Assembly (NCBI GenBank): GCA_002436015.1
Contig: DIXJ01000007.1
Span: 10,256 to 74,255, forward strand
Direction of reading: 5' to 3'
Source of the DNA: Synergistaceae bacterium UBA6083
Lineage (GTDB): Bacteria; Synergistota; Synergistia; Synergistales; 79-D21
DNA length: 64,000 nucleotides
Below the pieces are notes generated by a model. That model did no database searches, had not been told where the DNA came from, and saw nothing but the letters and a program-made list of their open reading frames with translations. Within the stretch, counting starts at the first letter, position 1. Each line of letters begins with the position of its first letter. Of the stretch, positions 19,055 through 29,286 are shown piece by piece. A program made the position numbers and the translations under genes.

Positions 19055-19531
19055 TTAAATCTCGCCTTCGTAGACGAGGTTTGCCTTGCGTACGGATTCA
19101 AACGGGAAAACGATGGAAACTTCGTCTTCCGTGAGAAAAACGATCTTTTCGCCGTCGACGCAATGGATCTGTCCCTTGAAATTTCTCTGCCCGTTTAAAT
19201 TTTCCTTGAGTTGAACCCTGGCTTTGCTTCCCTGGAATCGCCTGAAGTCCTCAAGTTTGCGGAGAGGCCGTTCTAGCCCTGGTGAACTGACTTCGAGAAA
19301 GTGCTTTCCCCGGAAGAAAGGGTCGATTTCTTCCTGGATCCCGCTCAAGGCCCTGGAGACCTTCTCGCAATCCCCCACACCGATTCCGGCTGTCGAGTCA
19401 ATGATCACGCGGAGGATCGAACGGCCTTCCTCGTGGGTCAGTTCGATATCCACGCACTCGTAGCCTGCCTTTTCTATCGTTTCCTCCAGGGTCTTAACCA
19501 ACTTCAAACGCCGTTCCCTGCGCGGGTCCAC
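19055..19531 (-). CDS. rimP: Ribosome maturation factor RimP
   Basis: 158 aa: GYECVDIEL...LRVIID...VSSPGLERPL. GTG start behind AAGGGGGTGGAG. Confidence 0.9.
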   Translation of the reverse strand: MDPRRERRLKLVKTLEETIEKAGYECVDIELTHEEGRSILRVIIDSTAGIGVGDCEKVSRALSGIQEEIDPFFRGKHFLEVSSPGLERPLRKLEDFRRFQGSKARVQLKENLNGQRNFKGQIHCVDGEKIVFLTEDEVSIVFPFESVRKANLVYEGEI

Positions 19532-19550
19532 GAGCTTTCTCCACCCCCTT

Positions 19551-19581
19551 AAAAAACGAAGAGTGGGCGGGGCCCACTCTT
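19551..19581 (-). terminator. Intrinsic terminator/attenuator in the rimP-nusA-infB leader; also the only terminator after guaB
   Basis: Minus strand reads AAGAGTGGGC-ccc-GCCCACTCTT (10-bp stem) followed by CGTTTTTT, about 20 nt upstream of the rimP start. Confidence 0.65.
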
Positions 19582-19616
19582 AGACGTGAACAGGGACAAA
19601 ATGATGCGCAAAAGTG

Positions 19617-19646
19617 AGTATAGCATGCACTCCCTGGCAAATTCAA
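19617..19646 (-). promoter_or_regulatory. Candidate sigma-70 promoter of the rimP-nusA-infB operon
   Basis: Minus strand reads TTGAAT (19646..19641), an 18-nt spacer, then TATACT (19622..19617). It lies upstream of the terminator hairpin. Confidence 0.5.
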
Positions 19647-19677
19647 GGGAGGGGGCTTCCCCGGAAAGGGACGGGAA

Positions 19678-21150
19678 CTACTCGGCCCAGTAGTTGGGGG
19701 CCTCCTTTGTGATGACGACATCGTGCGGATGGCTTTCCTTAACGGAGGCAGCCGTAACTTTGACAAAGCAGGATTTCTCGTGAAGCGCCTCGATGTTTGC
19801 AGCTCCTACATAACCCATGCCGGAGCGCAATCCCCCGATCATCTGGAAAATGACTGCCCCTGCGGTTCCCTTGTAAGGGACAAGTCCTTCTATACCCTCG
19901 GGAACAAGCTTTTCTTCGGATACGCCTTCCTGGAAGTATCGATCCTTGCTGCAGCCTTCCTTCATCGCGCCGAGGGAGCCCATACCCCGGTAGCTCTTGT
20001 AGGAACGGCCGCGATAAATGACTTCCTCTCCAGGGCTTTCTTCAGTTCCTGCAAAGAGAGAACCGATCATGACCGAGTCGGCTCCTGCAGCCAGGGCCTT
20101 GACGACGTCACCCGAGTACCGGACCCCTCCATCCGCAACAACCTTCTTGCCGAGTCGGTGAGCAACCGGAGCCACCTCCATGATGGCTGCGACCTGGGGT
20201 ACGCCGATCCCGGCGACGATTCGGGTTGTGCAGATCGAACCGGGGCCGACACCGACCTTTACGGAATCCGCGCCTGCCTCGATGAGGGCTTCCGCAGCTC
20301 GGGCCGTTGCAATGTTTCCCGCCACGAGGGGAAGGTCAGGGTAGGTTTTCCTGAGAAAACGGACGGTATCCAGGACAGTCTTTGAATGACCGTGCGCCGT
20401 GTCGGCCACGATGAGGTCCACTCCTCCCCTTACCAGGGCTTCGACCCTTTCCGGGACGTCTCTGCCGACCCCGACCGCGGCCCCAACGCGGAGACGGCCG
20501 TGGGAATCCTTGCAGGCGTTCGGAAAATCCTTTACCTTCTGGATGTCCTTGATCGTGATAAGTCCCTTCAGGGTCCCGTTTCCGTCGACGATCGGCAGCT
20601 TCTCCACCTTGTGGCGCATAAGGATCGCCTTGGCGTCCTCAAGGGTCGTTCCGACAGGAGCCGTGATCAATTTTTCCTTCGTCATGACATTGCTGACCGG
20701 CTGGGCATAATCCGTGACGAAACGAAGGTCCCGGTTCGTGATGATGCCCACGAGCTGCATGTTCACGTTGACGATCGGAACCCCGGAAATGTGGTAATGC
20801 TCCATGAGGGAAACGGCCTCCTGGACTGCGGCCGTCGGGGGGAGGAAAAACGGGTCGACGATAACGCCGGATTCGGATCGCTTGACCTTGTCGATCTCCC
20901 GGACCTGGGCTTCGGGAGTCATGTTCCTGTGGATGATCCCGAGCCCGCCTTCCCTTGCCACGGCAATCGCGAGCCTTCCTTCGGTAACCGTATCCATGGC
21001 CGCGCTGCAGAGAGGGATGTTCAGGGGAATCTGAGGGGTGATCCAGCTTCGGACGTCTACCGTGGTAGGAACAACTTCACTGTAATCAGGAACCAGAAGA
21101 ATGTCATCGAATGTGAACCCTTCGTATGGTACAAATCTGCTCTCCAACAT
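19678..21150 (-). CDS. guaB: IMP dehydrogenase
   Basis: [21 protein letters not shown]..., tandem CBS domains, catalytic GPGSICTTR loop. The ATG at 21150 behind GGGAGGTG is preferred over the extended track start at 21273. Confidence 0.97.
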   Translation of the reverse strand: MLESRFVPYEGFTFDDILLVPDYSEVVPTTVDVRSWITPQIPLNIPLCSAAMDTVTEGRLAIAVAREGGLGIIHRNMTPEAQVREIDKVKRSESGVIVDPFFLPPTAAVQEAVSLMEHYHISGVPIVNVNMQLVGIITNRDLRFVTDYAQPVSNVMTKEKLITAPVGTTLEDAKAILMRHKVEKLPIVDGNGTLKGLITIKDIQKVKDFPNACKDSHGRLRVGAAVGVGRDVPERVEALVRGGVDLIVADTAHGHSKTVLDTVRFLRKTYPDLPLVAGNIATARAAEALIEAGADSVKVGVGPGSICTTRIVAGIGVPQVAAIMEVAPVAHRLGKKVVADGGVRYSGDVVKALAAGADSVMIGSLFAGTEESPGEEVIYRGRSYKSYRGMGSLGAMKEGCSKDRYFQEGVSEEKLVPEGIEGLVPYKGTAGAVIFQMIGGLRSGMGYVGAANIEALHEKSCFVKVTAASVKESHPHDVVITKEAPNYWAE

Positions 21151-21220
21151 GATCCTAGCACCTCCCGGTGAAACACTTGGCGGAAGTCTATACGAAAAGT
21201 CGCCCAGGGGCAAGCATTCT

Positions 21221-22399
21221 TTAAAAAAGTAGCTTCGCGAAAGAAACTTTCCTTGAAAGCGTAGCAATCGCATGGCATTCCATGCACTTGGCCTCTCCTG
21301 TCGCTCCTATGCCTTCGCCCGACTTGACCTTGATGTTGACATGCCGAATGCCCGATGGGCACTCCAAGGCACTTTCCATGGAAGCTTTCATCTCTTCGAC
21401 AAGGTTGCCCAACCTTGGGACCTGGGCTATGAGAGTGAGATCGATCCAGCGTATCGTCCAACCCTCTTCCCTGACCTTCCATGCCGCTTCACGAAAGAGG
21501 GAAAGGCTGAATGCGTCCTTGTACCGAGAGTTCGTCGCCGGGAAAAGGATTCCGATGTCGGGCAGCCCGGCTCCACCCAGGAGCGCGTCGGATGCCGCAT
21601 GGCAAAGGCAGTCTGCATCCGAGTGGCCATCGAGGCCGAGCCTTGACGGAACCTTGATCCCTCCAAGGACGAGGGATCGCCCGGGAACGAGGGGATGGAT
21701 ATCGTAGCCATATCCCGTTCGCCATTCAAGGGGGCCTGAAAGGAGCGTCTGGGCCAGGGCCAGGTCTTCCGGGTAAGTGACCTTTATGTTTGCCGTTTCA
21801 CCCTGCACGAGCGTAACTTGTCTTCCGGATGCATTCCAGGCCTCCGATTCGTCGCGCGCTCCGCTACCGAACCGCTCCAGGGCGTCGATCAGGTCCTCGC
21901 GTGCGAAGGCCTGTGGAGTCTGGGCCCGGTAAAGATCTTCCCGGTTGACGGTTTCGAGTCCTTCCAAGGTCACGCGCTTTAAGGCATCCGCGACCGGAAG
22001 CACCGGGATTGCCCCTCCGGTCAGGTGTACCTTCCTGAGAAGTTCCCTGCAGAGGTGCTCGGAAGCGAGAGGTCTTGCCGCATCATGGACAAGAACGACT
22101 TCCCCCTTTGCAGCCCTGAGTCCGTTCATCACGGAAATGGACCGCTCGTCTCCCCCGACTGCCAGGGTAAGGGGAATCCTGAAAGCCGGGATGTTTCCGG
22201 GCAAGCTTTCAAGGTCTTCCGGGGAAACCACTAGAACCAGTTCATCCACGTTCGACTGCAAAGAAAGAGTCTCAGCCAGGCGGGCCGACCATTCCCATAG
22301 CGGATGGCCTGCCGCCTCGGAGTATTGCTTGGGAACCTGGCCGCCGAAACGCTTTCCCCTGCCGGCCGCGACGAGGACGAAAGAAGTGCCTCCCGTCAA
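21221..22399 (-). CDS. ispDF: Bifunctional IspD/IspF (MEP cytidylyltransferase / MEcPP synthase)
   Basis: N-terminus VLVAAGRGKRFG (IspD). C-terminus GYGYDIHPL...GHSDADCLCHAASDALLGGAGLPDIG (IspF). Confidence 0.93.
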   Translation of the reverse strand: MTGGTSFVLVAAGRGKRFGGQVPKQYSEAAGHPLWEWSARLAETLSLQSNVDELVLVVSPEDLESLPGNIPAFRIPLTLAVGGDERSISVMNGLRAAKGEVVLVHDAARPLASEHLCRELLRKVHLTGGAIPVLPVADALKRVTLEGLETVNREDLYRAQTPQAFAREDLIDALERFGSGARDESEAWNASGRQVTLVQGETANIKVTYPEDLALAQTLLSGPLEWRTGYGYDIHPLVPGRSLVLGGIKVPSRLGLDGHSDADCLCHAASDALLGGAGLPDIGILFPATNSRYKDAFSLSLFREAAWKVREEGWTIRWIDLTLIAQVPRLGNLVEEMKASMESALECPSGIRHVNIKVKSGEGIGATGEAKCMECHAIATLSRKVSFAKLLF

Positions 22400-23559
22400 C
22401 GCGAAACCTCCCTGACGAAACGTCCGAAAATCATCCTTCCCGCGGAGGTCTGGAGGAGGGATGTGACGAAGACCTCGACTCTCCGACCGATATAGCGCTG
22501 GCCGTCTTCTACGACAATCATCGTTCCGTCTTCCAGGTAGCCGACTCCCTGGTTGGGTTCCTTCCCCTCTCGGAGGATATCCACCGTTAGGCTTTCGCCC
22601 GGAAGAAGGACGGGTTTCAGCGAGTTGGAGAGATCGTTCACGTTGAGAATCAGGACTTTCTCGACCTGGGCCCTCATGTTGAGGTTGTAATCCGTTGTGA
22701 GAACCTTTCCCCCCATTTGTTTTGCGAGGGAGAGGAGAGCCTCGTCGACGGCCTCTAATCCCAGGTCTTTAAGGGTGACTTCCAGAACTTCAACCTGGAT
22801 TTCCTTGAGTTTTTGCAGTTCGCTGACAACGTCAAAGCCGCGGCGACCCCTAGATCGCTTTATCGGGTCTGTTGAATCGGCTACAGACTGGAGTTCTGTC
22901 AGGACGAATCTTGGAAGGGCGATCGGTCCGTCAAGGAACCCAACTTTTGCGATGTCCAGTATCCTACCATCGATGATGACACTGGTATCAAGAATTTTCG
23001 GGGCCGTTCCCCGGTTTTCTTCGACGTAGATCTCTTCGGGCTGCTGAGGTTGCGGGTGCTTGCTCTTCTTTCCGCGGAAGACCAGTTTCCCCTTCAAGCC
23101 TCCCAGGGAAGACCACATGGTTAGAATTTCGTCCCGCCGACGGGAAAATATTCGAACGCCCAGATAACCCAAAGTCAGGTTAAGGAGCACGGCAATATAG
23201 CTTCCAATAGCCGGTAACCGGGAAAAGGGGAGCGCAATCAGGTTTGCGACGAGCAGGCCAACAATCAAGCCGATAACGGAGATCGAAATGTCGTGCCAGC
23301 TCGTGGTTTGGAGCTGCCTCTCCGAGAATGATCCGATTAAACCGAGACCTCTTACGAAATAACTGGTAAGAATGAAGCCGGCGAGCGAGAGGAAACCAAT
23401 GGACAAGAGGTTCACCGCGATCACGTGACTCATTGAGATTCCCGGCCACCAGCCCTGCTTGAGTGCGAACTGGGCCATCTGGTATCCTGCAACACCGCCT
23501 AGCAAAGCAAACAGGATCCGCGTACCTGCCTTCATGATCCTTCCAAATCCCTCTGCCAT
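22396..23559 (-). CDS. Membrane-anchored PIN + TRAM domain protein (YacL-like)
   Basis: N-terminal TM helices, a PIN core ILDTSVIIDGRI...VLTELQ, and a C-terminal TRAM domain. Lies upstream of ispDF as in Firmicutes. Confidence 0.8.
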   Translation of the reverse strand: MAEGFGRIMKAGTRILFALLGGVAGYQMAQFALKQGWWPGISMSHVIAVNLLSIGFLSLAGFILTSYFVRGLGLIGSFSERQLQTTSWHDISISVIGLIVGLLVANLIALPFSRLPAIGSYIAVLLNLTLGYLGVRIFSRRRDEILTMWSSLGGLKGKLVFRGKKSKHPQPQQPEEIYVEENRGTAPKILDTSVIIDGRILDIAKVGFLDGPIALPRFVLTELQSVADSTDPIKRSRGRRGFDVVSELQKLKEIQVEVLEVTLKDLGLEAVDEALLSLAKQMGGKVLTTDYNLNMRAQVEKVLILNVNDLSNSLKPVLLPGESLTVDILREGKEPNQGVGYLEDGTMIVVEDGQRYIGRRVEVFVTSLLQTSAGRMIFGRFVREVSR

Positions 23560-23573
23560 GTTCTCACTCCTTC

Positions 23574-24197
23574 CTATTGAATTTCACGCGGTTCCGTGTC
23601 CGCGACCTTTTGCCTGGCTTCGAGGGCAGCATGGAGGGTGACCCGGTCCGCATACCCGATACTACCTCCGACAGGAAGTCCGTATGCCAGTCTTGATAGC
23701 CGGGTTCCGCAGCTTTTGAGCGCATCAAGGACGGCAAAATAGGTGAGATCCCCTTCCACGCAGGGATTGGTTGCTATGATGACCTCTCTTATACCGAGTC
23801 CCAGGATGCGGTTCCGGATCGCCTCCAGGACGCGACTGTCAAGCTCTTCACCGTCAAGGGGTGAAACGCGTCCTCCGAGGACGTGGTAAAGTCCGCTGAA
23901 AACAGAGGCCTGCTCAAGGCACATCAGGTCCTCGGCCGTTTCGACCACACACAAAACTTTGCGGTCCCTCAAGGGGTCGGCGCAAACCGGGCATGGGTCG
24001 TCTTCCGTGTAATTCCCGCATTCCGGGCAAGGATGCAGGCGTTCCTTCAGGGTCCTGACCGCCTCGGATAAATCCCGGCTAAAAGCTTCCGGTTGTCCCA
24101 GCAAGTGGAACACAATGCGTCGGGCGCTTTTTTCACCGATGCCCGGTAACCTGCAGAGTGCGGCGGTCAGTTTTTCGATCGGGAGGGGAAGGGACAA
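23574..24197 (-). CDS. recR: Recombination protein RecR
   Basis: LPGIGEKSARR HhH motif, CPECGNYTEDDPCPVC zinc finger, Toprim domain. Confidence 0.96.
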   Translation of the reverse strand: MSLPLPIEKLTAALCRLPGIGEKSARRIVFHLLGQPEAFSRDLSEAVRTLKERLHPCPECGNYTEDDPCPVCADPLRDRKVLCVVETAEDLMCLEQASVFSGLYHVLGGRVSPLDGEELDSRVLEAIRNRILGLGIREVIIATNPCVEGDLTYFAVLDALKSCGTRLSRLAYGLPVGGSIGYADRVTLHAALEARQKVADTEPREIQ

Positions 24198-24214
24198 GGC
24201 CTGTCCTGCCTGCC

Positions 24215-24523
24215 CTACATCATGCCCGGGAAACCCATGCCGCCAGTGACGCCGCTCATGCGCTCCCCTGCGATTTCCCGACTCTTACGGACCGCGTCGT
24301 TAACGGCCGCGACGATAAGATCCTCGAGCATTTCCGTGTCTTCCGGGTTGACGACTTCCTTCTCCAGATGGACAGCCAGGATGTCCCCCTGTCCGTTGAC
24401 GGTGGCCTTTACCATGCCCCCTCCCGCCATTCCTTCTATCCGCTCGTTGGCCAGTTCTTCCTGGATTCGGGCCATGTCGGCCTGCATTTTTTGAGCTTGT
24501 TTCAGGATCTTGTCGAACTTCAC
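24215..24523 (-). CDS. YbaB/EbfC nucleoid-associated protein
   Basis: 102 aa: MKFDKILKQAQKMQADMARIQEEL...GGMVKATVNG. Lies upstream of recR. Confidence 0.9.
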   Translation of the reverse strand: MKFDKILKQAQKMQADMARIQEELANERIEGMAGGGMVKATVNGQGDILAVHLEKEVVNPEDTEMLEDLIVAAVNDAVRKSREIAGERMSGVTGGMGFPGMM

Positions 24524-24549
24524 GCGAATTCCCTCCTTGTATGGCTTGC

Positions 24550-25014
24550 TTAATCGTGATGATAGGACGAACCCTTCAGGATTGAAAAGGCCCGGTACAC
24601 CTGTTCAGCTAGAACGACAAGGCAGAGTTCGTGGGGAAATGTCATCGGAGAGAGAGCCAGCATCTCGTCCGCCCTTTCCCGGACCCTGGATGAAACGCCG
24701 AATGCCCCACCCACCAGGAGGCATAGCCGCCCTTCCGACGACTCCATTTTATTCGATAACCACCTTGCCAGGTTAACACTTGTCATCATTTTCCCATTTT
24801 CGTCAAGGAGAACGAGTGTATCCCGCGGGGAAACCATTCTGAGTATTCTCTCCCCCTCTGCTTCGCGCATCGAATCGGGATCCTTGCCACGGCTTTCCTT
24901 GACGGTCTCGTGGAGAACCGGGCAGAATCGCGTAACACGTTTGAGGTAATCGGCGAAAACCTCACAGAGCCGTTCGGATTTCATCCGACCGACGCTGAGG
25001 AGCACGAGCTTCAC
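24550..25014 (-). CDS. rlmH: 23S rRNA (pseudouridine1915-N3)-methyltransferase RlmH
   Basis: 154-aa SPOUT fold: LLVGGAFG...LSPMTFPHEL...EQVYRAFSILKGSSYH. Confidence 0.88.
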   Translation of the reverse strand: MKLVLLSVGRMKSERLCEVFADYLKRVTRFCPVLHETVKESRGKDPDSMREAEGERILRMVSPRDTLVLLDENGKMMTSVNLARWLSNKMESSEGRLCLLVGGAFGVSSRVRERADEMLALSPMTFPHELCLVVLAEQVYRAFSILKGSSYHHD

Positions 25015-25205
25015 TGGCAGTTCTCGCGCGAACGAACTAGCCGTCGCAGCTCAAGCGGCTCAAAAAGCTTTTTCTTTCCGCACCCGAGGCACTCCAATTC
25101 GACGAAAGCCCCGATGGAGAGGATTCGCCACTTCTCGCTCCCGCAAGGGTGCTTTTTCCGGAGTTTCAGGATGACTCCGGGTTCAAAGGGATCGGTAAAA
25201 CTCAC
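25011..25205 (-). CDS. DUF951 small protein
   Basis: 64 aa: LRKKHPCGSEKW...ECLGCGKK. ATGA overlaps on both sides (atpD and rlmH). Confidence 0.6.
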   Translation of the reverse strand: MSFTDPFEPGVILKLRKKHPCGSEKWRILSIGAFVELECLGCGKKKLFEPLELRRLVRSRENCQ

Positions 25206-25861
25206 AGGGAGGCTCCTTCGGCCCTGGAGGGTTCCTGTTTGCGAAGAGCCTTGGTCCGCAGCCGCTTGACGTTGAAAAGTTCCTGCCGCTCCCTTTCGGA
25301 GAGGATTTCCCGGATTCTCTTGAGGTCTTTTTCCAACGAAGGCAACAAGAGGTGCTGGAGTGTATTGATTTTCTGGAGTGTCCTTTTCAGTTCCCGGCCA
25401 AGGGCTTGGAGCTTGGCCTTCTTGTTGATGAATTCCCAGACCAGGGACTTGCCTTCCTCGAGTGATTGAAGCAGGTCGTCCAGGTTCAGGGATGCCAGCG
25501 CCGGGTCATAGGCCAACCCCTCCGATTCTGCGGAAAGGCCTTCGTAGGGACTCTCAAACTGCGGATAGCGGCAACCCATGAGGACGTGGAATGCCGAGTT
25601 TATTTCGAGGGGTGGAGAAACAGGTTTCAGGACGCGGAGCGCGAAATGTCCGTCAAAAATGCGAACGAGTGAATAGGAAAACGAAAGCTTCCCGCAAAGA
25701 GCCAAAAAGCGCTTTTCAAGTTCCCTGAAGAGTCGCCGATCCTCTTCGATCGCCCGGAGAAGGGCGTCCCTTTTTTTCTCCAGGAGCAGTTTCCCATACT
25801 GCACGACGACAATCTGCCGTCTTAGGGAAAGAAGTTGGTCTCTTGTCGGAGGCCTGCTCAT
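25202..25861 (-). CDS. atpD: V/A-type ATP synthase subunit D
   Basis: 219-aa coiled-coil protein: PTRDQLLSLRRQIVVVQYGKLLLEKKRDALL. Follows subunit B. Confidence 0.9.
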   Translation of the reverse strand: MSRPPTRDQLLSLRRQIVVVQYGKLLLEKKRDALLRAIEEDRRLFRELEKRFLALCGKLSFSYSLVRIFDGHFALRVLKPVSPPLEINSAFHVLMGCRYPQFESPYEGLSAESEGLAYDPALASLNLDDLLQSLEEGKSLVWEFINKKAKLQALGRELKRTLQKINTLQHLLLPSLEKDLKRIREILSERERQELFNVKRLRTKALRKQEPSRAEGASL

Positions 25862-25864
25862 GGA

Positions 25865-27250
25865 CTAATCGTCCTTACCCCTGGCCATCCGGCTGGAAAC
25901 GAGGTCATCCGGCAGCCTGTAAAGCTCGGAAACAGGAAGCACAGCCAGGGATTTCCAAGATTCTTCGAGGGAGGCCAGAAGGTCTCTCCTGGACTCTCCC
26001 TGGTTCACAAACTGCCTTTCGAAGGCCGAACCGAAACGGATATAGCGGTGTTCAAGGGGAGAGAGCCCTTCCTCCCCCACAATCAGCTTAAGGCGCTCGA
26101 GTTCCCGTGCACGGGCATATGCAGCGTATAACTGGTCTGCCATCGCTCGGTGCTCGGGTACGGTACGTCCCTTTCCTATCCCCTTGTTCATCAGCCGGCT
26201 CAGGCTGGGAAGAACGTTTACCGGGGGATAGATACCCCGGTCGTGAAGGTTCCGGTCCAGGACAATTTGCCCTTCCGTAATGTAGCCCGAAAGGTCGACG
26301 ACAGGATGTGTCATGTCATCGTCAGGCATCGTAATGATGGGAATTTGCGTGATGCTCCCCGCACATCCGTGCACGCAGCCCGCCCGTTCATAGAGGCTGG
26401 CGAGGTCGGAGTACATGTAGCCCGGGAAACCCCGTCTACCTGGAACTTCCTCTCGCGCGGCGCTGATTTCCCGCAGGGCTTCACAATAATGGAGCATGTC
26501 CGTCATCACGACGAGGACGTCATATCCTTTCTCGAAGGCGAAATATTCGGCCACGCTTAAGGCCATCCTGGGTGTCAGGAGGCGTTCAACCGCGGAATCG
26601 CTTGCCAGGTTGATAAAAAAGACGCCATTGTTCAGGGCTCCGGTTTTCTCGAAATCGTCGAGGAAATACCCGGCTTCGCGGGCCGTTATGCCGATAGCAG
26701 CAAAAACGACGACGAAAGAGGTTTCTTTCCCCGGAACGCTTGCCTGCCGTACGATCTGGGCCGCCAAGCGGTTTGCCGGAAGCCCGGCACCGGAAAAGAT
26801 GGGAAGTTTCTGCCCCCTGACCAGCGTATTCATGAGGTCGATCGTCGAGATGCCTGTCTCGACAAAGGCATTGGGGCTTGTACGGGCGACCGGGTTGAGG
26901 GGCAATCCATTAACCGGGATGGTTTTCTCGACAAAAGCGAGGGGGGTCCCGTCCACAGGCCGTCCCCGTCCATCCAGGACCCGGCCCAGGAGGGAAATCC
27001 CTACGGGAATGCGGACGATATCCCTCTCAAGCCAGACTGTCGTTCCACCTGAATGGAGTCCCATTGTTCCCTCGAAAACCTGGATGGCGCAGAGATCCCC
27101 GTCTACCTGGAGTACCTGCCCTGTCCTCAAGCCATCGGGCGTTTCGATCAGGACCCGTTCCCCGAACCCCGCTTCACGGACGCCGGAAACAAGAAGCAGC
27201 GGTCCGACGATTCCCTTTACGGATCCGTATCCTTCCCTGTAGAGATTCAT
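25865..27250 (-). CDS. atpB: V/A-type ATP synthase subunit B
   Basis: 461 aa: GQKLPIFSGAGLP, MTDMLHYCEALREISAAREEVPGRRGFPGYMYSDLA. Confidence 0.97.
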   Translation of the reverse strand: MNLYREGYGSVKGIVGPLLLVSGVREAGFGERVLIETPDGLRTGQVLQVDGDLCAIQVFEGTMGLHSGGTTVWLERDIVRIPVGISLLGRVLDGRGRPVDGTPLAFVEKTIPVNGLPLNPVARTSPNAFVETGISTIDLMNTLVRGQKLPIFSGAGLPANRLAAQIVRQASVPGKETSFVVVFAAIGITAREAGYFLDDFEKTGALNNGVFFINLASDSAVERLLTPRMALSVAEYFAFEKGYDVLVVMTDMLHYCEALREISAAREEVPGRRGFPGYMYSDLASLYERAGCVHGCAGSITQIPIITMPDDDMTHPVVDLSGYITEGQIVLDRNLHDRGIYPPVNVLPSLSRLMNKGIGKGRTVPEHRAMADQLYAAYARARELERLKLIVGEEGLSPLEHRYIRFGSAFERQFVNQGESRRDLLASLEESWKSLAVLPVSELYRLPDDLVSSRMARGKDD

Positions 27251-29007
27251 CTGACCACCACCTCGATCCTGTCAAGGCTTTCCTTCGTCTCATCGAGCCA
27301 CCGGGCGGCAAACTCGGGAAAGTCTGTGTCCGGGGTTCCCCTTAGTCTGAGCAAGCCAGCCCTTAAGGGAATTTCGGAGAATTGTTCGAAAATCAAGCCT
27401 TCTTTCAGGCGTTCGGAGACAAAGACATCAAGTGCCCTTAAGGTCTCGAGCAATCCCTTCATTTTCGCGAGGGAACAAAAAGCGTCAATATTGTCAAACG
27501 CGTTTTGCTGAAGGTATACGACGCGAAACAGCTCAGAAAGGTTTAAGGTCCACTTATCCTGTTCGGAAAGCCCGTCCCGTCCCACGAGCTGGACCAATTC
27601 CAGCAGGGATTTTTCCTGGGAAAGGGTTTCGGAAAGGAAGAGACGCAAGCGAGACCACTCTTCTCCCAACTTTTCCGCGAACATCCCCGCGAGCGATTCG
27701 TCATAGAGAGTGTAGCTGTTCTGCCAGTTTATCGCAGGGAAATGCCTCTGCTGGGCGAGAGACTTGTCGAGAGCCCAGAATGTCCCGGACAATCGCAGGC
27801 TCGACTGGGTAACCGGTTCCGAAAAGTCTCCCCCGGGAGGGCTTACCGCGTTGATGACCGAAATCGAACCTTCCTGTCCTGCTTTACCGAGAGTCGTGAT
27901 CCTGCCGGCTCTTTCGTAATACTGGGCGAGACGTGTTCCGAGGTAGGCGGGGTATCCTTCTTCCCCCGGCATTTCCTCCAACCTTCCTCCGATCTCGCGT
28001 AAAGCTTCCGCCCACCTTGAGGTCGAGTCCGCCATGATGGCCACGGCATACCCCATGTCCCTGTAAAACTCCGCGATCGTCATTCCAAGGTAGATGCTGG
28101 CTTCACGTGCGGCTACCGGCATGTTGGAAGTGTTGGCAACCAGGACCATCCGCTCCATGAGCGGGATATTGTGGTAAGGGTCCATGAGAGTGGGGAACTC
28201 CTCAAGGACTTCGGTCATCTCGTTTCCCCGCTCTCCGCAACCGATGTAGACGATGACGTCGGCATTGCACCATTTTGCCAGGGATTGCTGCGTCACTGTT
28301 TTTCCGGTCCCGAATCCTCCGGGTATAACCGCTGCCCCGCCAAGGGCCATGGGGAAAAGCGTGTCGAGGATGCGCTGTCCTGTCATGAGCGGCCTGTTGA
28401 AAGGCAGCCTTGAGGCAAAGGGGCGACTCCGCCTGACTTCCCAACGGTGCGATAAAGTGATTTCGCGCCCGTCCTCGAAACGGCATACAGGTTCGCGGAG
28501 CTTCATTTCCCCGGGCGGGGCAATCCAGTCTATTCGCCCCGGGAGGCTATTGGGGGGCAGCAGGACCTTGTGCAGGATACGGGTCCCTTCTGGAAGCGTG
28601 CCGAGGGTTTCCCCTGGACGGATTGTGTCGCCAAGGCCGGCCTGGGGAGAAAAATTCCACTCCCGGCTTTCGTCGAGCGTCCCGATGTTTGCCCCCCGGC
28701 CTATATAGATGCCTTCCTCGCGGAGTCGTGCCAGAGGACGGCCGATCCCGTCGAGAACGCTTCCTAAAAGGCCGGGTCCTAGTTCGACGGAGAGAAGTTC
28801 GCCGGAAAAAACGACCGGTTCGCCGACTCTCATCCCTGAGGTTTCCTCATACACCTGGATGTCGGCGGCCCCGCTCCGAATCCGTATGACCTCTCCCAAG
28901 AGAGATTCTCGTCCCGCATGGACGATTTCGAACATCCGTACGGGAAAATTTATGGCCGCTCGCACAACGGGTCCCGAGATTCCGATGACGCTACCGGTCT
29001 TGTTCAT
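27247..29007 (-). CDS. atpA: V/A-type ATP synthase catalytic subunit A
   Basis: 586 aa. Walker A PGGFGTGKTV, then ADSTSRWAEALREIGGRLEEMPGEEGYPAYL. Confidence 0.97.
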   Translation of the reverse strand: MNKTGSVIGISGPVVRAAINFPVRMFEIVHAGRESLLGEVIRIRSGAADIQVYEETSGMRVGEPVVFSGELLSVELGPGLLGSVLDGIGRPLARLREEGIYIGRGANIGTLDESREWNFSPQAGLGDTIRPGETLGTLPEGTRILHKVLLPPNSLPGRIDWIAPPGEMKLREPVCRFEDGREITLSHRWEVRRSRPFASRLPFNRPLMTGQRILDTLFPMALGGAAVIPGGFGTGKTVTQQSLAKWCNADVIVYIGCGERGNEMTEVLEEFPTLMDPYHNIPLMERMVLVANTSNMPVAAREASIYLGMTIAEFYRDMGYAVAIMADSTSRWAEALREIGGRLEEMPGEEGYPAYLGTRLAQYYERAGRITTLGKAGQEGSISVINAVSPPGGDFSEPVTQSSLRLSGTFWALDKSLAQQRHFPAINWQNSYTLYDESLAGMFAEKLGEEWSRLRLFLSETLSQEKSLLELVQLVGRDGLSEQDKWTLNLSELFRVVYLQQNAFDNIDAFCSLAKMKGLLETLRALDVFVSERLKEGLIFEQFSEIPLRAGLLRLRGTPDTDFPEFAARWLDETKESLDRIEVVVR

Positions 29008-29016
29008 GCCCTCACC

Positions 29017-29286
29017 TCAACCAAGCGAAGATTTCAGGCCTGGAAAGGTTATCCAGACCGGTTTTTGCATTTTTACAAGGCGCAACCTGATAAAATCGGG
29101 AACTTTATTGAACCACTCCTGCTCGACGATTACGAGAGAGACGTTTCCTTCAAGAAACGTCTTCATGATTTCCCCCAGGGCGGAAGGATCTTCACAGACG
29201 AGTCGCTCGAATCCCATTAATGCCCAAAGGTCAACAAATACCTGTTCCCCCAGGACAATGACTCTTTCCGCATGTTGGGCTGTCAT
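29017..29286 (-). CDS. atpF: V/A-type ATP synthase subunit F
   Basis: 89 aa from the ATG at 29286 (ATGA overlap with the subunit C stop): VIVLGEQVFVDLWALMGFE...VSLVIVEQEW. Confidence 0.8.
   Translation of the reverse strand: MTAQHAERVIVLGEQVFVDLWALMGFERLVCEDPSALGEIMKTFLEGNVSLVIVEQEWFNKVPDFIRLRLVKMQKPVWITFPGLKSSLG

Noticed and set aside
21151-21273. N-terminal extensions in the ORF track for guaB. The same applies to rbfA (to 15081), atpF (to 29388), ribE, def, sixA, adh (from 46276), recD2 (from 48313) and pdp (to 54501).
   Set aside because: In each case an internal start with a Shine-Dalgarno-like box reproduces the conserved N-terminus of the family and removes an implausible overlap with the neighbouring gene.
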